DNA of 61,929 bases, the filler included. It is 4 parts of 4 records of this genome, joined end to end, with 100 filler letters (N's around TTAATTAATTAA, not from the genome) between each part and the next. Parts side by side here need not be neighbours in the genome. Positions count along the whole stretch, not along the records: positions 1 to 10,838 come from SRR33789315_84; 3 more parts are not named here. The stretch is one strand, 5' to 3'. Every line of letters starts with the position of its first letter. Positions within the stretch are counted from its first letter, which is position 1. The position numbers and the translations under genes were made by a program. Of this stretch, positions 1 to 10,514 are shown in pieces. The notes below the pieces were generated by a model, which worked only from the letters and a program-made list of their open reading frames with translations, did no database searches and was not told the DNA's origin.

Positions 1-379
1 CTTTTCCATCGGTACGGATAACACCTAGCGGCAACTGGCTACCAGTAATAACCACAGGTTTTTGTAAACCTTGTAAAGCATAACTTAAAGCAGACGCTGT
101 GAAAGCCATGGTATCGGTACCGTGCATTATTACAAAGCCACAATAGTCATCGTAATTCGCTGAAATCATTTCAACTAAATCATCCCAAAATTCTGGATTT
201 ACCTCGCTGCTATCTATGGGCGTCTCAACGGAAAGTGTATCTATTTCAAAATTGAACTGGGCAATTTCTGGAATTACTTTTAAGATTTTACTTAAATCTA
301 TGGGGCTTAATTTTCCCGTTTCAGGATCGGATGCCATCCCAATAGTACCGCCTGTATATATTAAGAGTACCTTTTTCAT
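1..379 (-). CDS. ansA: L-asparaginase type I, N-terminal part (runs off window start)
   Basis: Not in ORF track. Manual translation from ATG at 379 gives MKKVLLIYTGGTIGMA...DSSEVNP...GFVIMHGTDTMAFTAS...PVVITGSQLP, containing both asparaginase motifs. ATGA overlap with the tatD stop. Confidence 0.93.
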   Translation of the reverse strand, partial: MKKVLLIYTGGTIGMASDPETGKLSPIDLSKILKVIPEIAQFNFEIDTLSVETPIDSSEVNPEFWDDLVEMISANYDDYCGFVIMHGTDTMAFTASALSYALQGLQKPVVITGSQLPLGVIRTDGK

Positions 380-1146
380 ATGCTAAAAAGTTTTTCGGCA
401 TTGGCAGTAGTAATAGCAGCCACATCAGAAAGAGGCATTTCTTTTACTTCCGCTAATTTCTCTCCTACATGAAAAGTGTAAGAAGGTTCATTACGCTTAC
501 CTCTGTAAGGCGCAGGAGTAAGATAAGGCGCATCAGTTTCTAGCATTAATCTATTTATATCAACATGTTTAATGGTTTCGCCAAGTTTTGAATTTTTAAA
601 GGTAAGCACCCCTCCAAGTCCCAGGTAAAAATTATCGTAGCTCAGTGCTTTTTCGGCTTGTTGCTGGTTACCTGAAAAGCAATGAAACACTCCCTTTAGG
701 TTTTCGTCATAAACTTCATCCATTAATTCAAACACTTCATTAAAGCTATCTCTTACATGAATAATGATAGGTAACTCTAATTCTTTTGCCCATTGACATT
801 GAATTTTAAAGGCTTCTTTTTGTTGGGGTAAAAACGTTTTGTCCCAATACAAATCCACTCCTATTTCACCAACAGCCACAAATTTCTCAGTATCAAACAT
901 GGGTTTCATCTTATCAAGAATCTCCTTAAAATCATCCTTTACCGAACAGGGATGTAAACCCATAGCGGGAAACATTTGACCTGGATACTTTTTCGCAAGT
1001 GCCATCATACCATCAATACTTTCTAAATCGATGTTTGGCAAAACGGTTTTGCTCACACCTAAATCCTTAGCTCGCTTTACACAAAGATCTCTGTCTTCAT
1101 CAAACTGCTCGGCATACAAATGACAATGGCTATCGATAAAATTCAT
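376..1146 (-). CDS. tatD: TatD family metal-dependent DNase/hydrolase
   Basis: IDSHCH, GLHP, VGEIGVD, HCFSG and LETDAPYL motifs. Confidence 0.95.
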   Translation of the reverse strand: MNFIDSHCHLYAEQFDEDRDLCVKRAKDLGVSKTVLPNIDLESIDGMMALAKKYPGQMFPAMGLHPCSVKDDFKEILDKMKPMFDTEKFVAVGEIGVDLYWDKTFLPQQKEAFKIQCQWAKELELPIIIHVRDSFNEVFELMDEVYDENLKGVFHCFSGNQQQAEKALSYDNFYLGLGGVLTFKNSKLGETIKHVDINRLMLETDAPYLTPAPYRGKRNEPSYTFHVGEKLAEVKEMPLSDVAAITTANAEKLFSI

Positions 1147-1228
1147 GTTGCCAAAACTAGAACTCTTTAAGCGAAAGAAAAACCATTGCTAAAAGAAAAT
1201 AATTAGTTTCACAACCTATTTTAATTCC

Positions 1229-3652
1229 ATGAAAAAACTGCTTTTCGCTTTCTTACAATTAATGGTTTGGATAAGTACCTCGGCCCAAGATTACATTGGC
1301 ACCATTACCAATGGAAAAGAGGCGGTACCTTTTGCTAATGTTTACTATGAAGGTAGTACTATAGGTACTTCTAGCAATTTAGCGGGTGACTTTACCCTAG
1401 AAAAGAAAACGGATTATGACAAAATAATCATTACTGCGGTAGGTTTTGAAAAGAAAACCATTGCCACTTCAGAATTTAAAAGCGGAGAAAGATTGCAAAT
1501 AGAATTGGCATCGCAAAGTATTTCTCTTAAAGCGGTGGAAGTAAGCAATAAAAGAAGAGATCCGGCTTACTATATCATGAAAAAGGCCATTAAAAAACGA
1601 AAATTTCATGCCGAACAAGTTCAAGAATATAGCGCCGAGGTTTACATGAAAAGCAGCATACATGTAACCGAAATACCAGATTACATAAAAGCGCTGGCCG
1701 ATAGCAGCGAAGTACCCGACAGCAGTGAGCTAGGACTTATGTTTTTATCGGAATCGGTTAATAAACTAAGCTATGAAGCACCCAACAACATACAAGAAGA
1801 AATGATTGCTTCTAAGGTAAGTGGCAGCCAAATGGTGGGCAACAATTTTTCTTGGAACCGAGCTCGCGACGTACTTTTATCTTTCTACAACAACAAACTA
1901 AATTTTACTGGCGACAGAGAACTCATCTCCCCGCTTTCTTCTTCAGCAATGGCTTATTACGATTTTAAATACGAGGGAGAATTTTACGAAAACAAGCAAA
2001 CCATTAATAAAATTAAGGTTACACCTAAAAGGAAAATAGACCCTTGCTTTACTGGATACATCTATATTGTTGATGATTTATTTTGTCTGCATTCTGTAGA
2101 TTTAATGGTGGCTAAATCGGTAAGCATAGAATACACTGATAGCATTTTCATCAAGCAAAGTTTTCAAAAACTAGACAGTAACTTATACATGCCTATTTCA
2201 GTTAATTTAGATTGGCATTATACCATTCTTGGTATTAAAGCTCAATATTATGCATTGGGTCAGCTATCTAAATACGATTTAGGGAAAGAAAAAACTGCAT
2301 CAACAAAAAAAGAAGAGAAAAAGGATAAGAACCTGTTGTTTAGCGTAAACCAAGAAGCCCAAGAAAAAAACGATGAGTATTGGGTGGATAATAGACCTGT
2401 AGAACTCACAGACGATGAAACCGAAAACTACCACAAAGGCGACAGCATAAATGCCTTAATAAATAGTCCAGAATACCTCGACTCACTCGATAGAATTGCC
2501 AACAAACTAACATTTGGCAAACTATTCTTAAGCGGATATCAATACCGTAACCGCAAAGACTCGGTAACCTGGAGTGTACCATCTCTTCTTTATTTATTTC
2601 AATATACCAGTGTAGATGGTGCTGTGGTAGAAATAGATCCTATGCGAGAAAAAAGATTTGAGCATGGTTTCCGCAGAATAGCACCTAAATTAAGATATGG
2701 TTTTGCTTCCGGAAGATTAGATGCCTCGCTATTATACCAAGAGCAGTTCAATGAAATAAACAGAGAACAAGTTTCTTTTGAAGCTGGTATTTACACCGAA
2801 CAAATTAACCGAACAGAACCAATAGGTCGTGATTTGAATAGTTACTATAACTTATTTGCTTCTAAAAACTTTGCCCAATATTACCGTTCTGTTTTCTTTA
2901 GAGCCGCATACAATAGAGAAATACACAATGGGGTTACTTGGTACGTAGCAGGTGATTATGCCGATAGATTTAATCTTGACAATTCAACAAACTACAGCTT
3001 TAAGGATAACCCTAGTATTCAGTTCAATGCTAACAGACCAGCTTACCTTAACAAAAAACACAGACTATTACTAAAAACAGCCTTTAAGCTACAACCTGGT
3101 AACAAATACGAAATGTATCCTGGTGAAAAAAGGAACTTGGGATCTAAATGGCCAGAAATATTTGTTGGTGCACAGTATTCGCCAAATTATTTTACCAAAC
3201 TATGGACTTCTGCGGAAAAAACACTTTCTCTAGGGCTTGTGGGTAGACTAAACCTTTATGGTAAAGCCGGAAAATTCTTTGGTAGCCAAAACGTAGAATT
3301 AGTAGACGCCGAACACTTTACTGGTAACCAAACCATTTTTGCACATAGCAGTAGCTCAGCATTTAACTTACTACCGTATTACAATTACTCTTCTACCGAT
3401 GAATTCATACACCTTCAGGCCAAGCATAATTTCAACGGCTTTATTATGAACAAACTTCCCTTATTGCGAAAAACAAGCATGGTAAGTTTTGCTGCTGTTC
3501 GTTATTTAAATTCAGATGGAAATGAATACATAGAAATTGCCTACGGATTAGATAGAATATTTAAAATTGTAAAAGCCGAAGTAGTTAGCAGCTACGTTAA
3601 CAACAAACTAAGTGCTCCATCATTAAGAGTAGGATTGAGCATAACTCCATGA
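1229..3652 (+). CDS. DUF5686 and carboxypeptidase-regulatory-like domain outer-membrane protein
   Basis: Signal peptide; N-terminal EAVPFANV...IGTSSNLAGDF...VGFE CarboxypepD_reg-like motif; ISPLS...YYDFKYEG block; typical of Bacteroidota. Confidence 0.8.
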   Translation: MKKLLFAFLQLMVWISTSAQDYIGTITNGKEAVPFANVYYEGSTIGTSSNLAGDFTLEKKTDYDKIIITAVGFEKKTIATSEFKSGERLQIELASQSISLKAVEVSNKRRDPAYYIMKKAIKKRKFHAEQVQEYSAEVYMKSSIHVTEIPDYIKALADSSEVPDSSELGLMFLSESVNKLSYEAPNNIQEEMIASKVSGSQMVGNNFSWNRARDVLLSFYNNKLNFTGDRELISPLSSSAMAYYDFKYEGEFYENKQTINKIKVTPKRKIDPCFTGYIYIVDDLFCLHSVDLMVAKSVSIEYTDSIFIKQSFQKLDSNLYMPISVNLDWHYTILGIKAQYYALGQLSKYDLGKEKTASTKKEEKKDKNLLFSVNQEAQEKNDEYWVDNRPVELTDDETENYHKGDSINALINSPEYLDSLDRIANKLTFGKLFLSGYQYRNRKDSVTWSVPSLLYLFQYTSVDGAVVEIDPMREKRFEHGFRRIAPKLRYGFASGRLDASLLYQEQFNEINREQVSFEAGIYTEQINRTEPIGRDLNSYYNLFASKNFAQYYRSVFFRAAYNREIHNGVTWYVAGDYADRFNLDNSTNYSFKDNPSIQFNANRPAYLNKKHRLLLKTAFKLQPGNKYEMYPGEKRNLGSKWPEIFVGAQYSPNYFTKLWTSAEKTLSLGLVGRLNLYGKAGKFFGSQNVELVDAEHFTGNQTIFAHSSSSAFNLLPYYNYSSTDEFIHLQAKHNFNGFIMNKLPLLRKTSMVSFAAVRYLNSDGNEYIEIAYGLDRIFKIVKAEVVSSYVNNKLSAPSLRVGLSITP

Positions 3653-4878
3653 TAAACGAATTCGAAACATACGAATTATCAAATGGCATAAAGGTAGTTC
3701 ACTTGCCTGCTATATCTAAGGTAGCGCATTTGGGCTTAATTATAGATGCCGGAACCAGAGACGAAGACGATAACAAAGATGGTTTAGCTCACTTCATAGA
3801 GCATGCTATATTTAAAGGAACTGGTAAGCGGAAATCTTTTCACGTACTAAGTGCGCTGGATAGAGTTGGTGGCGAACTAAATGCTTACACAGCTAAAGAA
3901 GACACTTGCTATCATGCCTCTTTTTTAAAACAATACTTTAGTCGCGCTGCCGATATTATTTCGGACATTGCCTTTAATGCATCGTTTCCGGAGAAAGAAA
4001 TAGAAAAAGAAAAAGGGGTAATTATTGAAGAAATAGAATCTTACAACGATAGCCCTTCTGAGTTAATTTTCGACAGGTTTGAGGAGCTAATTTTTGAAGG
4101 CCATCCGCTTGGAAAAAACATATTGGGCACAGCCGATTCTGTTTTGTCGCTCAGTGCCGATGATGCCCGAAAATTTTTAGACAAAAACTACGGTGTAAAC
4201 CGCATGGTGATTTGTACGGCAGGAGACCTCAACCTCAAAAAAACCAAAAACATATTAGAGAAGTTTTTTGGGAACCACAAAGTAATTACAGACGAACGAA
4301 AAGCCAACCCCTTAAGCATTAACTACAACACTTTTACGCAAGAAGAAAAAAGAGAAACCTATCAATCTCACATTATACTAGGTGGGCGAGCTTACCATTT
4401 AAATGACAAGAAAAAAGCCGCCATTTCGCTACTTAATAATTATTTGGGTGGAGCTGGTTTAAATAGCCTATTTAACCTAGATTTAAGAGAAAAAAACGCA
4501 CTGGTTTACCACGTAGAATCTAATTATACAGGATACACCGATGCCGGTTTATGGCAAGTTTATTTGGGCTGTGAAAAGACGCAAAAAGCAAAAGCTTTAA
4601 AACTGGTTTCACAAATACTTAAAAAGGTAAAAACCAAAAAGCTAGGCATACTGCAACTGCATTTGGCCAAAAAGCAATTTATAGGGCACATGGCATTGGC
4701 ACAAGAAAACACCTTAAACAGCATGATGGCCTTAGCCAAAAGCTACATTGTTTATGGCAAACTAGATAGTGATGACAGCAGTGTAAAGAAAATTAATGCC
4801 ATAACCGATAGCGACATTTTAGAAGTTGCCAACGAAATATTTGATGAGAGAAATCTCTCAACTTTAATATATCATTAG
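3649..4878 (+). CDS. M16 (pitrilysin/insulinase) family zinc peptidase
   Basis: Inverted zinc motif GLAHFIEHAIFKGT, plus NAYT and IEKEKGVIIEE. Confidence 0.93.
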   Translation: MINEFETYELSNGIKVVHLPAISKVAHLGLIIDAGTRDEDDNKDGLAHFIEHAIFKGTGKRKSFHVLSALDRVGGELNAYTAKEDTCYHASFLKQYFSRAADIISDIAFNASFPEKEIEKEKGVIIEEIESYNDSPSELIFDRFEELIFEGHPLGKNILGTADSVLSLSADDARKFLDKNYGVNRMVICTAGDLNLKKTKNILEKFFGNHKVITDERKANPLSINYNTFTQEEKRETYQSHIILGGRAYHLNDKKKAAISLLNNYLGGAGLNSLFNLDLREKNALVYHVESNYTGYTDAGLWQVYLGCEKTQKAKALKLVSQILKKVKTKKLGILQLHLAKKQFIGHMALAQENTLNSMMALAKSYIVYGKLDSDDSSVKKINAITDSDILEVANEIFDERNLSTLIYH

Positions 4879-4879
4879 C

Positions 4880-5521
4880 ATGGAATTTATTGACCCGAAA
4901 ATTGAAGATTATAGCCTTACACACAGTAATCAACAAAACGACTTACTACACAAACTAGAACGCGAAACCCATACTTCGGTATTAAAACCGCGTATGATTA
5001 GTGGTCATTTGCAAGGCAGAATTCTTTCTATGCTTTCTAAAATGCAGCAACCTAAACGCATATTAGAAATTGGTACCTACACGGGGTTTTCTGCATTGTG
5101 TTTTGCTGAAGGATTACAAAAAGATGGCGAGCTAATAACCATAGATATCAACGAAGAATTGGCACCACTTTGCCAAAGATATTTTGATGCAAGTGATTAC
5201 AAAAATCAAATAAAACCAATGCTTGGTAATGCACTTGATATCATTCCAACCTTAGAGGGTGAGTTTGACATTGTTTTCATTGATGCAGACAAAAGCAACT
5301 ACATTAAATATTACGATTTGGTTATTGACCGTATTCCATCGGGCGGATTAATAATCATAGACAATGTATTGTGGAGTGGTAAAGTGTTGGATACCCCAAA
5401 GGAAAAAGATATTGATACCAAGGTTTTACAAGAGCTTAACCAACTAGTTACAAAAGACGCTAGAGTTGAAAATCTTTTACTACCTGTGAGGGATGGATTA
5501 ATGATTGCCAGAAAAAAATAA
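4880..5521 (+). CDS. SAM-dependent O-methyltransferase (caffeoyl-CoA OMT-like)
   Basis: ILEIGTYTGFS, FIDADK and DNVLWSG motifs. Confidence 0.93.
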   Translation: MEFIDPKIEDYSLTHSNQQNDLLHKLERETHTSVLKPRMISGHLQGRILSMLSKMQQPKRILEIGTYTGFSALCFAEGLQKDGELITIDINEELAPLCQRYFDASDYKNQIKPMLGNALDIIPTLEGEFDIVFIDADKSNYIKYYDLVIDRIPSGGLIIIDNVLWSGKVLDTPKEKDIDTKVLQELNQLVTKDARVENLLLPVRDGLMIARKK

Positions 5522-5531
5522 ACTTGCCAAC

Positions 5532-6464
5532 ATGCCTGTAATAAAAGATCAGTTAAAAAGATTCAGAATAATTCACGAAAAAATAAGTGCCGGACGCTAC
5601 CCTAGTAAACAGCTACTTGCAGAAATTTGTGAGGTTTCCGAAGAATCGATAGATAAAGACAGGCAAAAACTAATTTCCGACTACAACGCACCTATAAAAT
5701 ACAGCCGAGCTAAAGGCGGTTATTATTATTCTGATGAGAATTTTGTACTTGAATTAGAAGGAAATGTATTTAGTGAAGCTGAACGAAAAGCTTTGAATTT
5801 GGCACTTCGTCAGTTAGGGCAACTAAAAGATAACAAAGAAGTACAAGACATTAAGGATGCCATAGAAAACCTAGAAAAAAAGTTGCTACTTGAGGATAGT
5901 TCTACGCAGTATATTTATTTCCAAGCATCGCCAACAGATACTGGTTTACAATATTTTGAAGAAGTAAGAAAAGCCATTTACTACGGAGAAACTTTAGACA
6001 TAAGATACTACTCTCTAAACTCCGGCAAAGAAAAAATGTATACCATAAGCCCATATGCGCTTAAACAATACATGAGAAGGTGGTATGTTTTATTATACGA
6101 CCACGATTCAAATGACATAAGATCTTATGAGCTTGGTAGATTCCGAAGCATAGAAAAAAGTAAGGCCGATTTTAAAGCTAATACAGAAATAGATATTGAA
6201 CATTACTTTGAATACAGCGCAGGTGTAAACGTGCCTCAAGGCAAACCAGTTGATGTAGAAATAAAAGTTCACGAAAAATATACCGAAGAGATAATAAATC
6301 GCTTTCGAATACACCCAAAACAAGGCGAAGTAAAAAATGGGCTACTTAAATTTAAATCTTACATAACTGTAGAACTTTTAAGAAACATTGCCGGATTTGG
6401 GAATCAGATAAGCATACTTAAACCAAGTGAACTTATAGAATCATTCAACAAATACACCCAATAA
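5532..6464 (+). CDS. HTH-WYL(-WCX) transcriptional regulator
   Basis: N-terminal HTH (EVSEESIDKD...APIKYSRAKGGYYY) and WYL core (ISPYALKQYMRRWYVL...RSYELGRF). ATG at 5532 preferred over the track start 5505. Confidence 0.88.
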   Translation: MPVIKDQLKRFRIIHEKISAGRYPSKQLLAEICEVSEESIDKDRQKLISDYNAPIKYSRAKGGYYYSDENFVLELEGNVFSEAERKALNLALRQLGQLKDNKEVQDIKDAIENLEKKLLLEDSSTQYIYFQASPTDTGLQYFEEVRKAIYYGETLDIRYYSLNSGKEKMYTISPYALKQYMRRWYVLLYDHDSNDIRSYELGRFRSIEKSKADFKANTEIDIEHYFEYSAGVNVPQGKPVDVEIKVHEKYTEEIINRFRIHPKQGEVKNGLLKFKSYITVELLRNIAGFGNQISILKPSELIESFNKYTQ

Positions 6465-6829
6465 TGAATTTTATAGCGGTTTTTATAGGAGGTGGTTTAG
6501 GTGCTTGTTTAAGGTATTTGGTAAGCATTATGGTATCGAAATTCGGAACACATAACTTCCCAATAGCTACCTTGGTAAGTAACACCCTTAGCTGCATTTT
6601 ACTGGGCGTTTTTACCTATTACTTTATACAGAAAAACCCAAATAACCTATGGCAACTTTTTTTAATAACTGGGTTGTGTGGTGGGTTTAGTACTTTCTCA
6701 ACTTTTGCGAACGAAAACTTGCTGCTTATTCAAAAAGGAGAATATCTGTTTTTTGCAATAAATGTGCTTACAAGTATAGCTCTAGGATTGATAGTTATCT
6801 TCTTGCTCTCAAAAAAACTAATAAGCTAG
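6464..6829 (+). CDS. crcB: Fluoride efflux channel FluC/CrcB
   Basis: GGGLGACLRY and TGLCGGFSTFSTF signatures; four hydrophobic helices. Confidence 0.95.
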   Translation: MNFIAVFIGGGLGACLRYLVSIMVSKFGTHNFPIATLVSNTLSCILLGVFTYYFIQKNPNNLWQLFLITGLCGGFSTFSTFANENLLLIQKGEYLFFAINVLTSIALGLIVIFLLSKKLIS

Positions 6830-7311
6830 TCTCTACGATAAGGAACATCTTTAAAGGTACCGATTAAACTAACTTTCTCATAATCGGTTAACAGCAAAGA
6901 ACGGGTATAGCTTACAGAAAAACTTCCATCAAAATCGTTGTTCCTGATGCTTACTGAACCATCGTCAGCAATTATTTCATTACCGTTACCAGAAATCAAT
7001 CTCACGTCGGCTCCATTCTCAATAAAATAATCACCACTATTAATATCAGTAAGTTTAATGTACAGATTTCTATTGTTGAAATAACTATTATATTGAGCCA
7101 CTATCTGGTAATTATATTCCTCATCATCTATTCTAGAAACATTGGCATACATAGAATAATCAGTGGTATCTCCAGAAATATGATCAATAACCGTTAACTC
7201 CAAATTTTGTTTTGATAAAAGGTCTCCAAAATTATCCTCAGATTTAGAACAAGAACCAAAAAGATAAACTAAAGAAGCTATAAAAGTTAAATTTCTAATC
7301 ATGGCGCGCAA
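6826..7311 (-). CDS. Hypothetical lipoprotein
   Basis: Hydrophobic signal ending in lipobox-like LFGSC followed by an acidic SKSED segment; true start may be 7302. Confidence 0.65.
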   Translation of the reverse strand: MRAMIRNLTFIASLVYLFGSCSKSEDNFGDLLSKQNLELTVIDHISGDTTDYSMYANVSRIDDEEYNYQIVAQYNSYFNNRNLYIKLTDINSGDYFIENGADVRLISGNGNEIIADDGSVSIRNNDFDGSFSVSYTRSLLLTDYEKVSLIGTFKDVPYRRD

Positions 7312-7323
7312 AAGAAAAGAATT

Positions 7324-8286
7324 TTAACCAATAATCGATGTTAAAACCGTTTTCAAATCAATTTTGGCTTCTTGCAACATTTGCGGTATTAATGAGGCGG
7401 CGCTCATACCTGGCACGGTATTTATTTCTATTACAGCCGGCTCTTCTCCAGCTACCTGCTTAAAATCTACCCTACAAATACCTTTGCAGTTCAGAGATTT
7501 GTATATTCTTAAAGAAGTTTCTTGAACCAACTTGGTATCTGACTCAGAAATTCTGGCTGGTGTAATTTCCTCAGACTCTTGGTTGTATTTTGCTTGGTAA
7601 TCAAAAAACTTATTGTTGCTTACAATTTCAGTTAAAGGCAAGGCCAATAATTCGCCATTGTACTCAATTACCCCACAAGTAACCTCTACTCCTTTTAACT
7701 CTTCTTCTGCCATTACCATATCGCATTCGGCAAAAGCAAAGTCCAAAGCTTCATTTAATTCTGCTTTATTTTCAACCATGGATATACCCAAGCTACTACC
7801 ACTGGTGTCTGGCTTAATAAATAAGGGATATTGAAATTCGTCGCCAGATAGTTTTTCTAGCATTTCAGTTTTGCTATACGCCTCTACTGAATTGGCAACC
7901 TTAAATCCTCTGCTTCTCAAAATATCGGTTGTACTTTTTTTACTAAAGGTTATGGCCATATTTAAATGATCTCCGGTAGAATACGGAATATCCAGCATAT
8001 CTAAATAGCCTTGTAATTGACCATTTTCTCCTGGCGCACCATGGATAATGATATAAGCGAAATCGAAAAGAATTTTTTCGCCATTCTGTATTACCGAAAA
8101 ATCACTTTTGTTCACTTTCGATTTTTTCTCTCCTTCATGAAAGAACCAACCTTCCTTATCTATGCTTATCAAAAAAACATTATATCTCTCTTTATCTAAA
8201 TTCTGAGATATGGTTTTAGCAGAATTCATAGAGATTTCATACTCTCCAGAATAACCTCCAGCTATAAGCGCAACGTTCTTTTTCAT
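7324..8286 (-). CDS. ddl: D-alanine--D-alanine ligase
   Basis: GGYSGEYEIS, HGAPGENG, GSSLG, FFDYQAKY and EINTVPGM motifs; start set at MKKNVAL (8286). Confidence 0.95.
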   Translation of the reverse strand: MKKNVALIAGGYSGEYEISMNSAKTISQNLDKERYNVFLISIDKEGWFFHEGEKKSKVNKSDFSVIQNGEKILFDFAYIIIHGAPGENGQLQGYLDMLDIPYSTGDHLNMAITFSKKSTTDILRSRGFKVANSVEAYSKTEMLEKLSGDEFQYPLFIKPDTSGSSLGISMVENKAELNEALDFAFAECDMVMAEEELKGVEVTCGVIEYNGELLALPLTEIVSNNKFFDYQAKYNQESEEITPARISESDTKLVQETSLRIYKSLNCKGICRVDFKQVAGEEPAVIEINTVPGMSAASLIPQMLQEAKIDLKTVLTSIIG

Positions 8287-8394
8287 TGTACAGATTGAGG
8301 GCGAAATGTAATTAAGATTCATAAACCTTTACATCTCTTTTTAGAAATTAAAATTTGATGCCACAGTATGCGTTATTCAAGACAATGCTATTTA

Positions 8395-8402
8395 TATCTT
8401 TG
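8395..8402 (+). promoter_or_regulatory. Bacteroidota primary-sigma -7 box (TAnnTTTG)
   Basis: TATCTTTG 18 bp upstream of the PASTA gene ATG. Confidence 0.7.
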
Positions 8403-8420
8403 GCAACTTGAAAAGAAAGC

Positions 8421-9338
8421 ATGAAAAACTTTTTTAAAAGCATCTTTTACTTCCTAATTCACAAATCTTTTTGGATACAGCTAACTATAGCCATAGCACT
8501 TTTTGCTGGGGTTATTTACGGCGCCACCAATTGGATGAAAGATTACACCTTACACGGCGAAAAAATTGAATTACCCAATTTAGTTGGCTACACGGTGAGT
8601 GAATTAGATTCTATTTGTGAAAAACTAGATATTCAATACGAAATTCTAGATTCGGTTTATGCGGATGAATACCAGCCGGGCGAAATAATAAAGCAAATTC
8701 CTCAAGCCTTTCAATATGTTAAGCAAGGGCGAACTATATACATTAACATCAATGCTTCTTCTCCACCGCTTATTCCGGTTCCCATGGTGATTAATCAATC
8801 TCGTCGCCAAGCCGTAAGCATACTTGAGGCACTTGGGTTTAAGATTGGTAAATTCGAGCATATTCCAGACATCTGTACGGATTGTGTACTTGAAATTAAA
8901 TACGACACCATTGGTAAAATAAAAGTTGGAACAAAACTTAGCAAGGGGTCTGAGGTAACATTGGTTCTTGGACAAGGTATGAGCGATGAAAGCATTCGCG
9001 CCCCATACCTACATGGAAAAACACTTAGCGAAGCAACCACTATTTTATTAAGTAGTACTTTGAATTTAGGAGCACTCATTTACGAAGATTGTGAAAACAG
9101 TGAAGACAGTATAAACGCCATGGTTTACCACCAAAACCCAAGCTTTGATATAAAAGAAAAAATAGCCTTGGGTACAGAAATAGATCTTTGGCTAACTGCC
9201 GATACAAATAAAATTGAGGTATTAAATATTGATTCTCTAATTAAGCTTCAAGAAATGAGAGACATGGGCGAAAGCTTTAAGAAAGGCTCTGAAGACTTTT
9301 CTGAAGACGATTTCAGCGAACCTGATTTCTCTGAATAA
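8421..9338 (+). CDS. PASTA domain-containing membrane protein
   Basis: N-terminal TM helix followed by three PASTA-like repeats (LPNLVG, VPMVIN, APYLHG); conserved ddl/PASTA/rluD context. Confidence 0.88.
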   Translation: MKNFFKSIFYFLIHKSFWIQLTIAIALFAGVIYGATNWMKDYTLHGEKIELPNLVGYTVSELDSICEKLDIQYEILDSVYADEYQPGEIIKQIPQAFQYVKQGRTIYININASSPPLIPVPMVINQSRRQAVSILEALGFKIGKFEHIPDICTDCVLEIKYDTIGKIKVGTKLSKGSEVTLVLGQGMSDESIRAPYLHGKTLSEATTILLSSTLNLGALIYEDCENSEDSINAMVYHQNPSFDIKEKIALGTEIDLWLTADTNKIEVLNIDSLIKLQEMRDMGESFKKGSEDFSEDDFSEPDFSE

Positions 9339-9374
9339 GACGCATTACTACTCATTCCTTGACTTTTACTTTTT

Positions 9375-10400
9375 ATGTCGGACAACATCCAAGAGCAAGA
9401 ACAAAACGAAGAACTATTCGAACATCATCGCATAGAGGCAGATCCAGGTCAACAGCCTTTAAGAATAGATAAATTCTTGCACGATAGAATTGCCAATAGC
9501 ACAAGAAACAAAATTCAAACAGCGGCTAAAAACGGCAATATCTTGGTAAACGATAAAGCCGTAAAAGCTAACTACAAAGTAAAAGCCCACGATGTTATCT
9601 CTATTGTAATGCCTTATCCGGTAAGAGAAATAGAGTTAATTGCCGAAGACATACCCATTAACATTGTTTACGAAGACGAAGAAATGGTAATGGTTAATAA
9701 AACACCAAATATGGTGGTGCATCCGGGGTATGGAAATTACAAAGGCACTTTGGTTAATGCCATGTTATACCATTTCGAAAATTTACCCGGCGCCACAAAA
9801 GCCGAATGCCCAAGACCAGGATTAGTTCATCGTTTAGATAAGGATACTACAGGCATAATGGTTTTAGCCAAAAATGAAGATGCACTAAGCAATTTATCCA
9901 AGCAATTTTTTGACCGCACCATAAATCGTCGTTACCAAGCCATAGTTTGGGGCGACTTAAAAGAAGAAGAAGGTGAAATTGAAGGATACATTGGCAGAAG
10001 CAACAAGGACCGAAAAGTTATGGGGGTTTTCGATAACGAGGAACAAGGAAAATACGCCCTTACCAGATATAAGGTTTTAGAACGTTTTGGTTATGTAACT
10101 TTGGTAGAATGTAAACTAGAAACGGGAAGAACCCACCAAATAAGAGCCCACTTTAAACACATAGGCCATCCATTATTTAATGATTCTACCTACGGTGGCG
10201 ATAGAGTTGTAAAAGGTACCACTTTCTCAAAATACAAACAGTTTATTGCCAACTGTTTTGAAATTTGCCCACGACAAGCTTTACATGCTAAATTATTAGA
10301 AGTAGACCATCCTAAATCGGGCAAACGAATTTCTGTGGATAGCGAGCTTCCTGAAGACATGCTAAATCTTATGGCCAAATTTAGAAGTTACGTCAATTAA
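9375..10400 (+). CDS. rluD: RluA family 23S rRNA pseudouridine synthase
   Basis: S4 domain (RIDKFL), VHRLDKDTTG, ETGRTHQIR and RQALHA motifs. Confidence 0.93.
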   Translation: MSDNIQEQEQNEELFEHHRIEADPGQQPLRIDKFLHDRIANSTRNKIQTAAKNGNILVNDKAVKANYKVKAHDVISIVMPYPVREIELIAEDIPINIVYEDEEMVMVNKTPNMVVHPGYGNYKGTLVNAMLYHFENLPGATKAECPRPGLVHRLDKDTTGIMVLAKNEDALSNLSKQFFDRTINRRYQAIVWGDLKEEEGEIEGYIGRSNKDRKVMGVFDNEEQGKYALTRYKVLERFGYVTLVECKLETGRTHQIRAHFKHIGHPLFNDSTYGGDRVVKGTTFSKYKQFIANCFEICPRQALHAKLLEVDHPKSGKRISVDSELPEDMLNLMAKFRSYVN

Positions 10401-10514
10401 TTATACTTCAATTCACACACTGAAACAACGCTTAAACACAAGAATTAAAGACGATATATAAGGCTAAACCAAAATGATAACTTTAATGCAAAACAGTAAG
10501 TTATTCATATTGCT

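Noticed and set aside
5532-6464. WYL gene as marker of an anti-phage defence island
   Set aside because: Neighbours are housekeeping genes; no nuclease, RM, CBASS or BREX genes in the contig
6400-6464. Fluoride riboswitch upstream of crcB
   Set aside because: Region is WYL coding sequence and lacks the GGCGAUG-type riboswitch motif
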